DNA from: an uncultured Erysipelotrichaceae bacterium
GTDB lineage: Bacteria; Bacillota_I; Bacilli_A; Erysipelotrichales; Erysipelotrichaceae
NCBI GenBank assembly: GCA_944325685.1
Contig: CALVBC010000004.1
Coordinates: forward strand, 2,535 to 66,534
Length of the DNA stretch: 64,000 nt
Reading direction: 5' to 3'
Of the stretch, positions 19,301 to 28,173 are shown piece by piece (the stretch's first letter is position 1; each line of letters starts with the position of its first letter). The notes under the pieces were generated by a model, which saw only the letters and a list, made by a program, of their open reading frames with translations, did not search any database and was not told the origin of the DNA. The position numbers were made by a program, and so were the translations under genes.

Positions 19301-21302
19301 ATATCCTAAAATAAACTCCTTGGTGATCATAGAAGTTCTCGACGACTTCTACTCTAACCTTATCACCTAATCGATAGATCTTGTCATTTGATACTAAAGT
19401 CATCGTCTTTTCATCATAGACCCAATAACCATCAAGATCACCGATACTGACTAGACCTTCAACGGTATTAGCTAACTTGACATAAAGCCCATGACCTGTG
19501 ACACCACTGATGATCCCATCATATACTTCGCCAATGTGCTCTAACATATACTCTGCACATCTAGCGTCTCTGATATCCCTTTCGATCTGGACCGCTCTTT
19601 TTTCGGTGTCTGAACACTTGACAGCGATATCATGCATGCGCCTTTTATCCTTGTCATATTCATCGTAGTTGCCTTTAAAGACATACTTTCTAAGCATCCG
19701 ATGGACCATCAAATCAGGATATCTTCTGATCGGCGATGTAAAGTGACAATAATCACTTAAAGCCAAACCAAAGTGACCAGTACAGGTATCATCATATATA
19801 GCTTTAGCCATCGCTCTAAGCATCAGTTTACTGATGACGCTCTCTAATTCCGTATCTTTAAAATACCTTAGACAATCCTGTAATTGTTTAGGGTAGACTG
19901 TATAGTGATCACCTTTGATCTTATACCCGAGCGCATACAACATATCAAATAAGACCATCATCTTATCCTCTTTGGGCTTATCGTGATCACGATAGATCAT
20001 CGGTAGATCTAGATAATGCATATACCTAGCCACTTCGACATTAGCCGCGATCATAAAATCCTCGATGATAAGCTCCGCCCTTCCTCTTTGCCTTTTTTTG
20101 ATGTCGATGACTTTACCATCGCTTAAGACAAATTCCGTCTCATCATCATCAAAACTGATGGCACCATTTTGATCGCGCTTAGCTCTTAGTTTATCTGATA
20201 AAGCTAGGGCATCAGCTATCATCGATACTAATACCTGATACTTATCACAAAGCTCTTGGTCTTTTTCTAAGATCTTATTCACATCACTATAGGTCATCCT
20301 AAAGTCTGATCTTATAAGCGATGGATAAAAGGATGTATCTAATACTTCACCTTTATCATCATAGTGGATCTCAGTGGTCAAAGTGAGCCTTGGCTCATTT
20401 GGTCTTAAGGAACATAGGTCATTAGATAACTCTTCTGGAAGCATCGGTATCACTTGATCGGTATAGTATATCGATGTCCCTCTTTCCCTAGCGCTTTTAT
20501 CGATGACCGATCCTTCTTTGACATAATAGGATACATCAGCGATATGGACATATAATACATATCCTTTATCATTCCTTACGATACTGATCGCATCATCAAA
20601 GTCCTTGGCGGTATCACCATCGATCGTGATCGTTAAAAGATCGCTTAGGTCTTTACGATCATCGATATCAAGCTTTAATCGCTTGGCTTCTTTTAAGACC
20701 GCTTCACTAAAAGCTACTGGTGCTCCCGATCTTGCGACGATCATCTTTTCGTTGATCCTTGGATCATCGATCATACCGATCATCATATCGATCTTCATCT
20801 CTTTATTGATGAAATCGGTGATGACACAGCGCACAGCACTGTGATCTTTTAGTTTAAACTCTTTGAAGTTGGTTATCTTAAAGCCCTTGTATCTTTCATC
20901 ATCGACCTTGAAATGAAAGCTATGACGATAGTAGTAGATATTACCGGTGATATATTTGGTATAGCGCTTTAAGACCTTGATGATCCTGATACCGCCTTTT
21001 TCCCTTTTATACCAAACGGTATCAAGGGGTAAAGCACTATTGAGATCTTTGATCTTACCTTCTTCTTTTTCGATGAAGGATGTGCCATTGAACCTGATGA
21101 TCACAGTTCCTTCTTTGATGCCATATTCTATAAGATCGTGATATACATCATCTTCATCACGGTAGATCATATCGCGATCTTCTAGATCGTTCAAAGCGAT
21201 GATGACTTCCTTTAGATCACTAACACCAAAATGGTCCATGATCCCATGGACATCATCACCACCTTGTTTATGACTTAAGTATTCTAATATCTTTTCTTGC
21301 AT
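19272..21302 (-). CDS. rnr: ribonuclease R
   Basis: 676 aa. RNB catalytic domain (TIDGDTAKDFDDAISI..., HFGLA...YCHFTSPIRRYPDL) and a C-terminal S1 domain (GEVYDGIISGVTGHGLYVKL). Confidence 0.9.
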   Translation of the reverse strand: MQEKILEYLSHKQGGDDVHGIMDHFGVSDLKEVIIALNDLEDRDMIYRDEDDVYHDLIEYGIKEGTVIIRFNGTSFIEKEEGKIKDLNSALPLDTVWYKREKGGIRIIKVLKRYTKYITGNIYYYRHSFHFKVDDERYKGFKITNFKEFKLKDHSAVRCVITDFINKEMKIDMMIGMIDDPRINEKMIVARSGAPVAFSEAVLKEAKRLKLDIDDRKDLSDLLTITIDGDTAKDFDDAISIVRNDKGYVLYVHIADVSYYVKEGSVIDKSARERGTSIYYTDQVIPMLPEELSNDLCSLRPNEPRLTLTTEIHYDDKGEVLDTSFYPSLIRSDFRMTYSDVNKILEKDQELCDKYQVLVSMIADALALSDKLRAKRDQNGAISFDDDETEFVLSDGKVIDIKKRQRGRAELIIEDFMIAANVEVARYMHYLDLPMIYRDHDKPKEDKMMVLFDMLYALGYKIKGDHYTVYPKQLQDCLRYFKDTELESVISKLMLRAMAKAIYDDTCTGHFGLALSDYCHFTSPIRRYPDLMVHRMLRKYVFKGNYDEYDKDKRRMHDIAVKCSDTEKRAVQIERDIRDARCAEYMLEHIGEVYDGIISGVTGHGLYVKLANTVEGLVSIGDLDGYWVYDEKTMTLVSNDKIYRLGDKVRVEVVENFYDHQGVYFRIYGKGKRDSE

Positions 21303-21326
21303 AAAATAAAAAAGGGCATGGCCCTA
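21303..21326 (-). terminator. possible weak terminator/attenuator between secG and rnr
   Basis: Minus strand: AGGGC-CAU-GCCCU followed by UUUUUAUUUU. The stem is only 5 bp. Confidence 0.35.
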
Positions 21327-21329
21327 CTT

Positions 21330-21548
21330 TTAGATCACTCTCGCTACGATCACTAAGATAAAGAAGATGATCCCTAGGATCAAAGTCGCATGCGATAATA
21401 CCTTCTCTGGACCTCTTTCCTTTACATTAGCGAATAGACCTAGATCATTTGAACCGGTGAAAGCTCCAAGACCATCGGATTTACCACTTTGTAATAGAGA
21501 TAATAAGATCAAAAGTGCTGATACGATAAGTAGTAATATATTAATCAC
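21330..21548 (-). CDS. secG: preprotein translocase subunit SecG
   Basis: 72 aa, two TM segments, characteristic LLQSGKSDGLGAFTGS. Confidence 0.85.
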   Translation of the reverse strand: MINILLLIVSALLILLSLLQSGKSDGLGAFTGSNDLGLFANVKERGPEKVLSHATLILGIIFFILVIVARVI

Positions 21549-21639
21549 TTCTCTTTCACCTCCTAAATATGCTTGTATATAATACTATCAAATGACACAT
21601 TAAGTCAATGTTATGGACGAATCTTGGTGATAATGATCA

Positions 21640-21668
21640 TTGCCTTATCATAAACACTGTGCTAATAT
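21640..21668 (+). promoter_or_regulatory. promoter upstream of the FMN riboswitch
   Basis: -35 TTGCCT (21640-21645), 17-nt spacer, -10 TAATAT (21663-21668). Confidence 0.5.
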
Positions 21669-21679
21669 TCCCTTAGAAG

Positions 21680-21792
21680 ATCTGTTTCAGGGCGAGGTGT
21701 GATCCCTCACTGGCGGTAAAGTCCGCGAACCGAAAGGCCGAATAGGTGAAACTCCTATACCAACAGTTATAGTCTGGATGAAAGAAACGATA
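21680..21792 (+). promoter_or_regulatory. FMN riboswitch (RFN element)
   Basis: Contains UCAGGGCGAGGUGUGAUCCCUCACUGGCGGUAAAGUCCGCGA...GGUGAAACUCC...ACAGUUAUAGUCUGGAUGAAAGAAACG, matching conserved RFN blocks. The P1 helix pairs GUUUC with GAAAC. Confidence 0.9.
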
Positions 21793-21809
21793 TATTTCGT
21801 CTTTTATGA

Positions 21810-21838
21810 GCTTGCACCTGGATAGATGCAAGCTTTTT
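21810..21838 (+). terminator. riboswitch expression-platform terminator
   Basis: GCTTGCA-cctggataga-TGCAAGC followed by TTTTT, 30 nt before the ribU ATG. Confidence 0.8.
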
Positions 21839-21869
21839 ATGTTGCAGACCTTCTAGAAAAGAGGTATTT

Positions 21870-22406
21870 ATGCAAAATCAAAAGATCAAAAAATTAACTA
21901 GGATGGCGATCTTGATCGCTGTCTCGATCGTGTTGGTGTATCTGATCCACTTTCCGATCTTCCCCCAAGTCGCCTTTTTAGAGTATGACCCAGCTGATGT
22001 GTCGATCTTAATGGCCGGCTTTGCCTATGGACCACTATCTGGTATCTTAGTCACCATCATCGCCAGTGTGATCCAAGGCCTTACTGTCAGTGCTCAAAGT
22101 GGCATCTACGGCATCATCATGCATGTCTTAGCCACAAGTGCCTTAGTTGGTATCAGTAGTATATATTACAAGAAACACAAGACCAAGCAAGGTGCTCTGA
22201 TCAGTATGGGCTTAGGATGTGTCGCCATGGTCATCGTGATGATCATCGCCAACCTCATAGTGACACCATATTTCATGGGCGTCACAGTCGATGCGGTGAT
22301 CGGTCTTATGCCTTTTATCATCCTCTTCAATATGATCAAAGCGATCTTGAATTCCGTTATAACCTTTATCATATACAAACATATATCGCCACTTCTACAT
22401 AACTGA
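21870..22406 (+). CDS. ribU: riboflavin ECF transporter S component
   Basis: 178 aa, about six TM segments, directly downstream of the FMN riboswitch. The N-terminus KKLTRMAILIAVSIVL...EYDPADVSILMAGFAYGP is RibU-like. Confidence 0.85.
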   Translation: MQNQKIKKLTRMAILIAVSIVLVYLIHFPIFPQVAFLEYDPADVSILMAGFAYGPLSGILVTIIASVIQGLTVSAQSGIYGIIMHVLATSALVGISSIYYKKHKTKQGALISMGLGCVAMVIVMIIANLIVTPYFMGVTVDAVIGLMPFIILFNMIKAILNSVITFIIYKHISPLLHN

Positions 22407-22430
22407 TATCGGTGATCCTATCAAACACCT

Positions 22431-22453
22431 GACCGCTTAGGCGGTCTTTTTTT
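22431..22453 (+). terminator. rho-independent terminator after ribU
   Basis: GACCGC-ttag-GCGGTC followed by TTTTTTT. Confidence 0.85.
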
Positions 22454-22502
22454 ATCTTATGAATAGGTAAGTTATGGTAAAATAGACAAAAGGAGAATAC
22501 CT

Positions 22503-22931
22503 ATGTCTGACAATAAAAACCTAAACGTGAAGATCAACGTCCTCATCGTCTTTGTGATCATCGAGACGATCCTACTTTTAGTCTTATTATTAAAACCTGA
22601 TACCATCGATCTACCAATGACAGCCACAAAAGTAAAAGCCGACTTTACCGAAAAATATCTTGATCTTGAGATCACCTTCGATGGACTTAAGGATGATAAT
22701 ATCGATATCATGTTGGTGGATGCGAATGTTGAAGATAAAGTATACAAAGGCAAGCTCACTTGTGATAGTGCTTTATGTGAAGTCACTTTTGAAGATATCT
22801 ATGATGGAGCCATTCGCAAAGAATACGATGTCTATATCGATGTCATCTCTTTTATGTCTCATCATTCCTATTACCTAGGCAATTTACATATCGACTATTC
22901 AAATAAAGGCTATGTCTTTGATCATCAATAA
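22503..22931 (+). CDS. hypothetical membrane-anchored protein
   Basis: 142 aa. RBS AAAGGAG, N-terminal TM (INVLIVFVIIETILLLVLLL), no recognisable motif. It has its own terminator. Confidence 0.6.
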   Translation: MSDNKNLNVKINVLIVFVIIETILLLVLLLKPDTIDLPMTATKVKADFTEKYLDLEITFDGLKDDNIDIMLVDANVEDKVYKGKLTCDSALCEVTFEDIYDGAIRKEYDVYIDVISFMSHHSYYLGNLHIDYSNKGYVFDHQ

Positions 22932-22935
22932 GGCA

Positions 22936-22961
22936 GCTCAGAGAAAATCTCTGAGCTTTTT
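22936..22961 (+). terminator. rho-independent terminator
   Basis: GCTCAGAGA-aaa-TCTCTGAGC (9-bp stem) followed by TTTTT. Confidence 0.85.
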
Positions 22962-23041
22962 ATTAGGCCTATATCAGTATCACTAAACAACATGAAATAC
23001 TGATCAAATTAGCTAAAACTTGAGAAAATATCTCCTTTTAG

Positions 23042-23078
23042 CCAAATAAAAAGCGCTTGTCATTTAGTCTTGCGCTTT
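23042..23078 (-). terminator. terminator closing the ECF/DUF62 operon
   Basis: Minus strand: AAAGCGC...(15-nt loop)...GCGCUUU followed by UUAUUUGG. It overlaps the last codons of the micro-ORF. Confidence 0.6.
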
Positions 23079-23191
23079 ATTTCATCTTCTTTTTGAAATG
23101 GTTCTAAGCCCATTTCTTGCCAAGTGACACCATATGGGAAACCACCACTAGTATAACCGGCGATATAGTAAAAGTTTTCATCCTGTTCCAT
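23060..23191 (-). CDS. candidate micro-protein (43 aa from ATG 23191; 55 aa if the A7 run at 23220-23226 is read as A8 from ATG 23229)
   Basis: Not in the ORF track as such. Same frame as the upstream DUF62 gene, after its TAA: DEKKKKYPEDFDIMEQDENFYYIAGYTSGGFPYGVTWQEMGLEPFQKEDEIKRKTK*. It lies inside the transcript, upstream of the operon terminator. No good SD precedes ATG 23191. Confidence 0.4.
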   Translation of the reverse strand: MEQDENFYYIAGYTSGGFPYGVTWQEMGLEPFQKEDEIKRKTK

Positions 23192-23230
23192 AATATCGAA
23201 ATCTTCAGGATACTTTTTCTTTTTTTCATC

Positions 23231-24073
23231 TTAACCAATCTTTTTAAAGGTGATGAGCCAATTATTACCGACACCGATCGAATATGCCTTGGCAAATGAA
23301 CCTTGGTTTATAGCTAAAGCCATCCGATATACAGAGTTCATATAGATGATCGGCATACCGACATTGACGGCACTGAAGGTAGCACCATATAAGACCTTGT
23401 TTTTGTATACTTCAGTCTTATTGTTGTAGATGTGGACTTCGACCATATCATCGTGCTTAAAGCCAAGCTTTTCAAACTCTTCAAAGGTGATCGATGTCCA
23501 TAAGGAACCAAAACGGACATCGAGGATATCGACTTGACCAGTGACACTATCCTCGGTGAAGGTCGTCTCATAGATATCAAGATCGACGATCTCATCAAGA
23601 CTTAATTCAGGGCCGACCTCCTCGAATGTGATCGTCCCACTAGCTAGTCTTGCGCCTGTATAGGCATAGACATCACGACCATGGAATGTATAAGAAAGCT
23701 CGGTATTCTTACGCCTATTGGTGACCTCTGATATCTCTCTTATCGCTTCAATGCCGAAGAATTTGTGGATATGGGTAAGAGTGCCGTTATTTGGTGTCAC
23801 GATATAATGACCATTCTTGGTCTTGGCAACCACTGACTTACGGCTTGAGCCAACACCTGGGTCAACTACTGAGACAAAGACTGTTCCTTCGGGCCAATAG
23901 TAAACTGTTTGGAATAACCTATATGAGCCCTCAAAGATATTATAAGGGGTGATGTCATGGGTGACATGGCTGATCTTTAATTCTGGATCAACTTCATATG
24001 CGACCCCTTCCATGGCGCTTACAGCGCCATCTACTAAACCAAAATCACTTTGAAATACTAAGAACCTATTCAC
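23231..24073 (-). CDS. SAM hydroxide adenosyltransferase / SAM hydrolase family protein (DUF62, PF01887), paralogue B
   Basis: ORF track gives 23231..24112. Start placed at GTG 24073 after AGGAAGG. Motifs: FQSDFGLVDGAVSAMEGV, VSVVDPGVGSSRKSVVAKTKNGHYIVTPNNGTLTHI, FHGRDVYAYTGARLASG. Confidence 0.85.
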   Translation of the reverse strand: MNRFLVFQSDFGLVDGAVSAMEGVAYEVDPELKISHVTHDITPYNIFEGSYRLFQTVYYWPEGTVFVSVVDPGVGSSRKSVVAKTKNGHYIVTPNNGTLTHIHKFFGIEAIREISEVTNRRKNTELSYTFHGRDVYAYTGARLASGTITFEEVGPELSLDEIVDLDIYETTFTEDSVTGQVDILDVRFGSLWTSITFEEFEKLGFKHDDMVEVHIYNNKTEVYKNKVLYGATFSAVNVGMPIIYMNSVYRMALAINQGSFAKAYSIGVGNNWLITFKKIG

Positions 24074-24917
24074 TTTCGACCTTCCTAAATGTAACGATAT
24101 AATCACTGCCATAGCCTAAGTTATAGTTCTTGCACAAATTGCCGACAACTTCTGCTAAAGCGATGTTGTTTAATTCATTGTTGTAGATCATGACGCTTTT
24201 ATCTTTAGCCATCCCAAATGATGGATAGTAAGGGATCACTTCATCAAAGACGACCTTGCCTTCATGTTCAATAATAGTATGGATCTTATCACCGTGTTTG
24301 AAGACCTTATTAAAGTCATCTAGGGTGATATTAGTCCAAAGGTTACCGAAGTTAGGATCGTTGATCTCAAAGATACCCTTAGCGTAGGTATCAAATACTT
24401 CACCTTTAGTGATCTCATGGATCACTATCTCATCAACTGGATATGCTTCGCCAACTTCTTCATAGCTGATGATCCCACTAGCAAGCCTTGCTGCACAATA
24501 GCCAAACAAGTCACGACCGTGGAAGATACTGACTGCTTTATTGTCATCCCTTTTCAAACGGTTGATCGATTCATCGATCTCTCTTACCTCCGCGATCCCT
24601 GATGTCGCTTTGATATGGGTCAAAGTGCCATTGTCAGGAGTGACGATATAATAGCCATCCTTGGTCTTAGCGACACAAGCCCTTCTCTTAGTGCCTACAC
24701 CTGGGTCAACGACCGAGACAAAGATCGTGCCTTTTGGCCAAAAGCGCATATATTGGTTTAGTCTGAAAGAAGCTGACCAAGTGTCATATTGAGGTATCTC
24801 ATGAGTGGCATCGATAAGCTCGATAGTTGGATCAACGCTCTTAACGACACCGTACATGGCTGCTACCGCTCCTTCCATATAGGTGAAATCAGTTTGAAAT
24901 ACTAATAATGGACGCAT
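24066..24917 (-). CDS. SAM hydroxide adenosyltransferase / SAM hydrolase family protein (DUF62, PF01887), paralogue A
   Basis: ORF track gives 24066..24968. Start placed at ATG 24917 (MRPLLVFQTDF...) after AAGGAGG. Motifs: VSVVDPGVGTKRRACVAKTKDGYYIVTPDNGTLTHI, FHGRDLFGYCAARLASG. Overlaps paralogue B by 8 nt. Confidence 0.85.
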   Translation of the reverse strand: MRPLLVFQTDFTYMEGAVAAMYGVVKSVDPTIELIDATHEIPQYDTWSASFRLNQYMRFWPKGTIFVSVVDPGVGTKRRACVAKTKDGYYIVTPDNGTLTHIKATSGIAEVREIDESINRLKRDDNKAVSIFHGRDLFGYCAARLASGIISYEEVGEAYPVDEIVIHEITKGEVFDTYAKGIFEINDPNFGNLWTNITLDDFNKVFKHGDKIHTIIEHEGKVVFDEVIPYYPSFGMAKDKSVMIYNNELNNIALAEVVGNLCKNYNLGYGSDYIVTFRKVESE

Positions 24918-24927
24918 ATTTTCCTCC

Positions 24928-25764
24928 TTAAATAAATGGGTTCCAGAATAGATCTTTGACGACGACAAAGCGCATCACTAAGACAAAGATAAAGACTAAG
25001 ATACATACGCCGATGGCGATATAGTCATTTCTTTCTAGTTTCCTGAATGAGTACCAAGTCCTGGTCTTATCTTTACCATAACCTCTGAGTTCCATCGCAT
25101 TGGATATCAGATCAACACGATCTAGTGTTGAAAAGACTAATGGGATAAGGACTTTAGTAAAGCTGAGGATCCTGTTTTTAAGTGGTGCCTTCTTTGATGT
25201 ATCGATACCTCTAGCCTGTTGGGCGAGGTTGATATTGGTATAGTCCCTTTGGATATCGGGGAAATACCTTAAAGCCAAAGAGAAGACTGTGCATACTTTA
25301 TATGGTACTTTGACCCCATTTAAACTTGATGCCAGCTCACTTGGATGGATCGTATAAAAGAATAATAATCCTAAAGGCAAGATGACTAAGAATTTAACGC
25401 CTTTGCATAATTGATAGAAGATCTCTTCTAAGGTCAGTGTATAGAACTCGGTAAAGACGATAAGTTCATGTCTTGTGCCAAATAGATTCTCACCATAATC
25501 CGGTGCGAGTAAGAAGTTAAGGCAGAAGTTAAACAACAGAAAGACCAAGATATAAGCGATAAAAGCCCGATATCTTTTAAATGGCAATTTAGATATGATA
25601 GCGATCGCGATCGATAAGACGACCATTGCCCCTAAGACCCTGATATCAAAGGTAAACATCGTCGCTAAGGTCAAAAGTAAGAAGCAGACGAGTTTGGTAA
25701 GACCAGAAAGGCGGTGGACAAAAGTCCCTTTATCGACATAGGCAAATAGTTTAGTTTCCCGCAT
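24928..25764 (-). CDS. ecfT: ECF transporter transmembrane (T) component
   Basis: ORF track gives 24928..25809. Start placed at ATG 25764 (MRETKLFAYVDKGTFVHRLSGLTKL...) after AAGGAG. CbiQ/EcfT-like polytopic protein with ALRYFP...ARG loop motifs. Confidence 0.8.
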   Translation of the reverse strand: MRETKLFAYVDKGTFVHRLSGLTKLVCFLLLTLATMFTFDIRVLGAMVVLSIAIAIISKLPFKRYRAFIAYILVFLLFNFCLNFLLAPDYGENLFGTRHELIVFTEFYTLTLEEIFYQLCKGVKFLVILPLGLLFFYTIHPSELASSLNGVKVPYKVCTVFSLALRYFPDIQRDYTNINLAQQARGIDTSKKAPLKNRILSFTKVLIPLVFSTLDRVDLISNAMELRGYGKDKTRTWYSFRKLERNDYIAIGVCILVFIFVLVMRFVVVKDLFWNPFI

Positions 25765-27460
25765 GACGCATGCTCCTTTCCGCATTGATATAGCTTTGAG
25801 TAAAGTCATCAGGATCCATCTTTACTATATTAGCTAGATCATATAACGACGTCATCTTGAGGTTAGCCTTTTCGGTGACCTCTTTATCGACTAGAGCTTT
25901 TGAAGGTCTTCCTTCAAAGTAGATCTTACCATCGACCAATGTAAAGCAACGATCACAGTACTCAAGCATCAAATGCATGTCGTGAGTGATCATGATGATG
26001 GTCTGACCATCGTTATTGAGCTTCTCTAAGAATTCCATGATCTCCGTATAGTGACGATAGTCTTGACCAGCCGTTGGCTCATCTAAGACGATGATCTTAG
26101 GTCGCATGACTAAGATACTAGCGATCGTGACCCTTTTCTTTTGGCCATAGCTAAGTGCGCTGATCGGCCAATTACGCATCTCATATAAGCCACAGATCTT
26201 AAGCGTTTCTTCAACACGCTCCTTGATCTCATCTTCATCTATATGGGCATTCCTTAAGCCATATGCTACTTCATCAAAGATCATCGTATTACAGATCATC
26301 TGGTTTGGATTTTGTAATACAAGACCGATCTCTTTACCTCTTTCATAGATCGTATCGTCTTTGATATCTCTACCTTCAAGGTAGATCTTTCCACTTTCCT
26401 CTTTTTCAAAACCGACTAATAATTTAGATAGAGTTGATTTACCAGCGCCATTTTTACCGATGATCGCAAACATCTCACCCTTTTTGACTTCAAAGGAGAC
26501 CCCATCGATGATGGTCTTTTTACCATCATATGAAAAGCGTAGGTCTTCACCTTTTAGTAATATTTCACGATCATCAACTGGCGTCTCGATATGCGTCTTA
26601 GCCCAATCGAAGATCTTCTTTTTATCATCTTCGCTCAGAGTAAAGCGTTTGATATCACTTGGATGCATGTCCGGTGTTATCTTGACCCCAGCGAACTTCG
26701 CTGCACTGACATATAACGGTTCTCTGATCCCACTTTCAAGTAAGATATCACTAGCTAAGACCTTATCCGGATCATCATCTAAGATGATCTCACCATCTCT
26801 TATAAGGACGATCCGATCGACATGACGCCATAAGACATCCTCTAAGCGGTGTTCGATGATGATGACTGTCTTATCGGTCTTTTTCTGTAAATCATCGATA
26901 AGTTCGATAGCGGTCTTACCAGTAGCTGGATCAAGGTTAGCGAGTGGTTCATCAAATAGCAATATATCGACATCATCAACTAAGACCCCTGCTAAAGCGA
27001 CCCTTTGTTTCTGGCCACCAGAAAGTTCCATCGGTGAGTGTTCGATATAGTCTTGCATATCGACAAGCTTAGCCACTTCATCGACAGCTTTATGCATCTT
27101 GTCTAATTCAACATTGTCATTCTCTAGGGCAAAGGCGATATCTTCACCCACATTGAGGCCGACAAATTGACCATCCGCATCCTGCAAGACCGTCCCGATC
27201 ATCTTTGACAGCTCAGCGATCGATGACTCTCTTGTCTCTTTGCCTTTGATCTTGATCGAGCCGCTCATTTCACCGTGGTATGTAAAAGGGATCAGGCCAT
27301 TAAGGCAATTCCCTAGTGTTGATTTGCCACTACCGCTCAATCCCACGATCAATACCTTTTCACCTCTATTGATCGTAAGATCGATATGTTTTAATGTCGG
27401 ATTCTTTTGGGCATCGTATCTAAATGTCAGATCTTTGAATTCGATTATCGGTTCTCTCAT
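25751..27460 (-). CDS. fused double ATPase (A-A') of an ECF transporter
   Basis: 569 aa with two ABC cassettes. Walker A GLSGSGKST and GKNGAGKST; signatures LSGGQKQR and LSYGQKKR; Walker B LLFDEPLANLD and IVLDEPTAGQD. Confidence 0.9.
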   Translation of the reverse strand: MREPIIEFKDLTFRYDAQKNPTLKHIDLTINRGEKVLIVGLSGSGKSTLGNCLNGLIPFTYHGEMSGSIKIKGKETRESSIAELSKMIGTVLQDADGQFVGLNVGEDIAFALENDNVELDKMHKAVDEVAKLVDMQDYIEHSPMELSGGQKQRVALAGVLVDDVDILLFDEPLANLDPATGKTAIELIDDLQKKTDKTVIIIEHRLEDVLWRHVDRIVLIRDGEIILDDDPDKVLASDILLESGIREPLYVSAAKFAGVKITPDMHPSDIKRFTLSEDDKKKIFDWAKTHIETPVDDREILLKGEDLRFSYDGKKTIIDGVSFEVKKGEMFAIIGKNGAGKSTLSKLLVGFEKEESGKIYLEGRDIKDDTIYERGKEIGLVLQNPNQMICNTMIFDEVAYGLRNAHIDEDEIKERVEETLKICGLYEMRNWPISALSYGQKKRVTIASILVMRPKIIVLDEPTAGQDYRHYTEIMEFLEKLNNDGQTIIMITHDMHLMLEYCDRCFTLVDGKIYFEGRPSKALVDKEVTEKANLKMTSLYDLANIVKMDPDDFTQSYINAERSMRHAGN

Positions 27461-27528
27461 TTGTCTCCTTTCAAAAGGGAAATAGCGCCCCTTAAAGGAG
27501 CGCTATCCATTGTACTAGTTAATAATAA

Positions 27529-28092
27529 CTACTCTTTATCTAAGCTCTTTGAGCCTGATCTTGTCGCTGCATAAGCTACACATAAGATATAGCCAACGAC
27601 AACAGCTGATGCAGCATCGACGATGAATGACCAAATACCTTGGACAAAGACCGTCTCAACTGGTTCAGCAAACATGACGATATCGAGTACTGGTGCAACT
27701 AATAACCAAGCGATCGCATGTGCGACGATGTTCCACGCAAAGAACATGACACCTGGCTTTTTGCCATGTTCAAGATCTAGGTTCTTGTATGCGAAACCTG
27801 AGATAAGACCAGCGATACCAGAAGCGATGACCCAGCTCCACCAGATACCACCAAGACCGCCACCGATGAAGTCATTGATCGCATGACCGACAAAGGCAAC
27901 TAAGAATGCTGATACAGGACCAAATAGGGCACCGAAGAATGTCGCGATACCATATGCGATCTGGATGTTCGTATTTGGTGCTGGTGAAGGGATCTTCACG
28001 AAATAGAATAAAACTAAGAATAATGCTGCACCTAAAGCTGTAGCAACGATCATTCTAACGTTGAATTCACCGAAAAAGCTTTTTTTGTTCAC
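27529..28092 (-). CDS. ECF transporter substrate-specific (S) component, substrate unknown
   Basis: 187 aa. GTG start after GGGAGG, about six TM segments, Gly-rich GHAINDFIGGGLGGIWWSW. First gene of the S-AA'-T-DUF62-DUF62 operon. Confidence 0.75.
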   Translation of the reverse strand: MNKKSFFGEFNVRMIVATALGAALFLVLFYFVKIPSPAPNTNIQIAYGIATFFGALFGPVSAFLVAFVGHAINDFIGGGLGGIWWSWVIASGIAGLISGFAYKNLDLEHGKKPGVMFFAWNIVAHAIAWLLVAPVLDIVMFAEPVETVFVQGIWSFIVDAASAVVVGYILCVAYAATRSGSKSLDKE

Positions 28093-28173
28093 AATCTATC
28101 CTCCCTTAAAAAACATGTTATACAATAACGCAAATCAACCTAAAAATATAGTCTTATATTGACATAAAAAATA

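Noticed and set aside
23104-23295. 63-aa track ORF overlapping the 3' end of the DUF62-B gene
   Set aside because: Its first 22 codons overlap the DUF62 coding frame and no RBS is present. Only its downstream part (from ATG 23229) is discussed, as the alternative frame in the micro-ORF finding.
28093-28173. Riboswitch (S-box or T-box) upstream of the ECF/DUF62 operon
   Set aside because: The leader is only ~80 nt, AT-rich, and lacks conserved SAM-riboswitch or T-box sequence blocks and a terminator hairpin.
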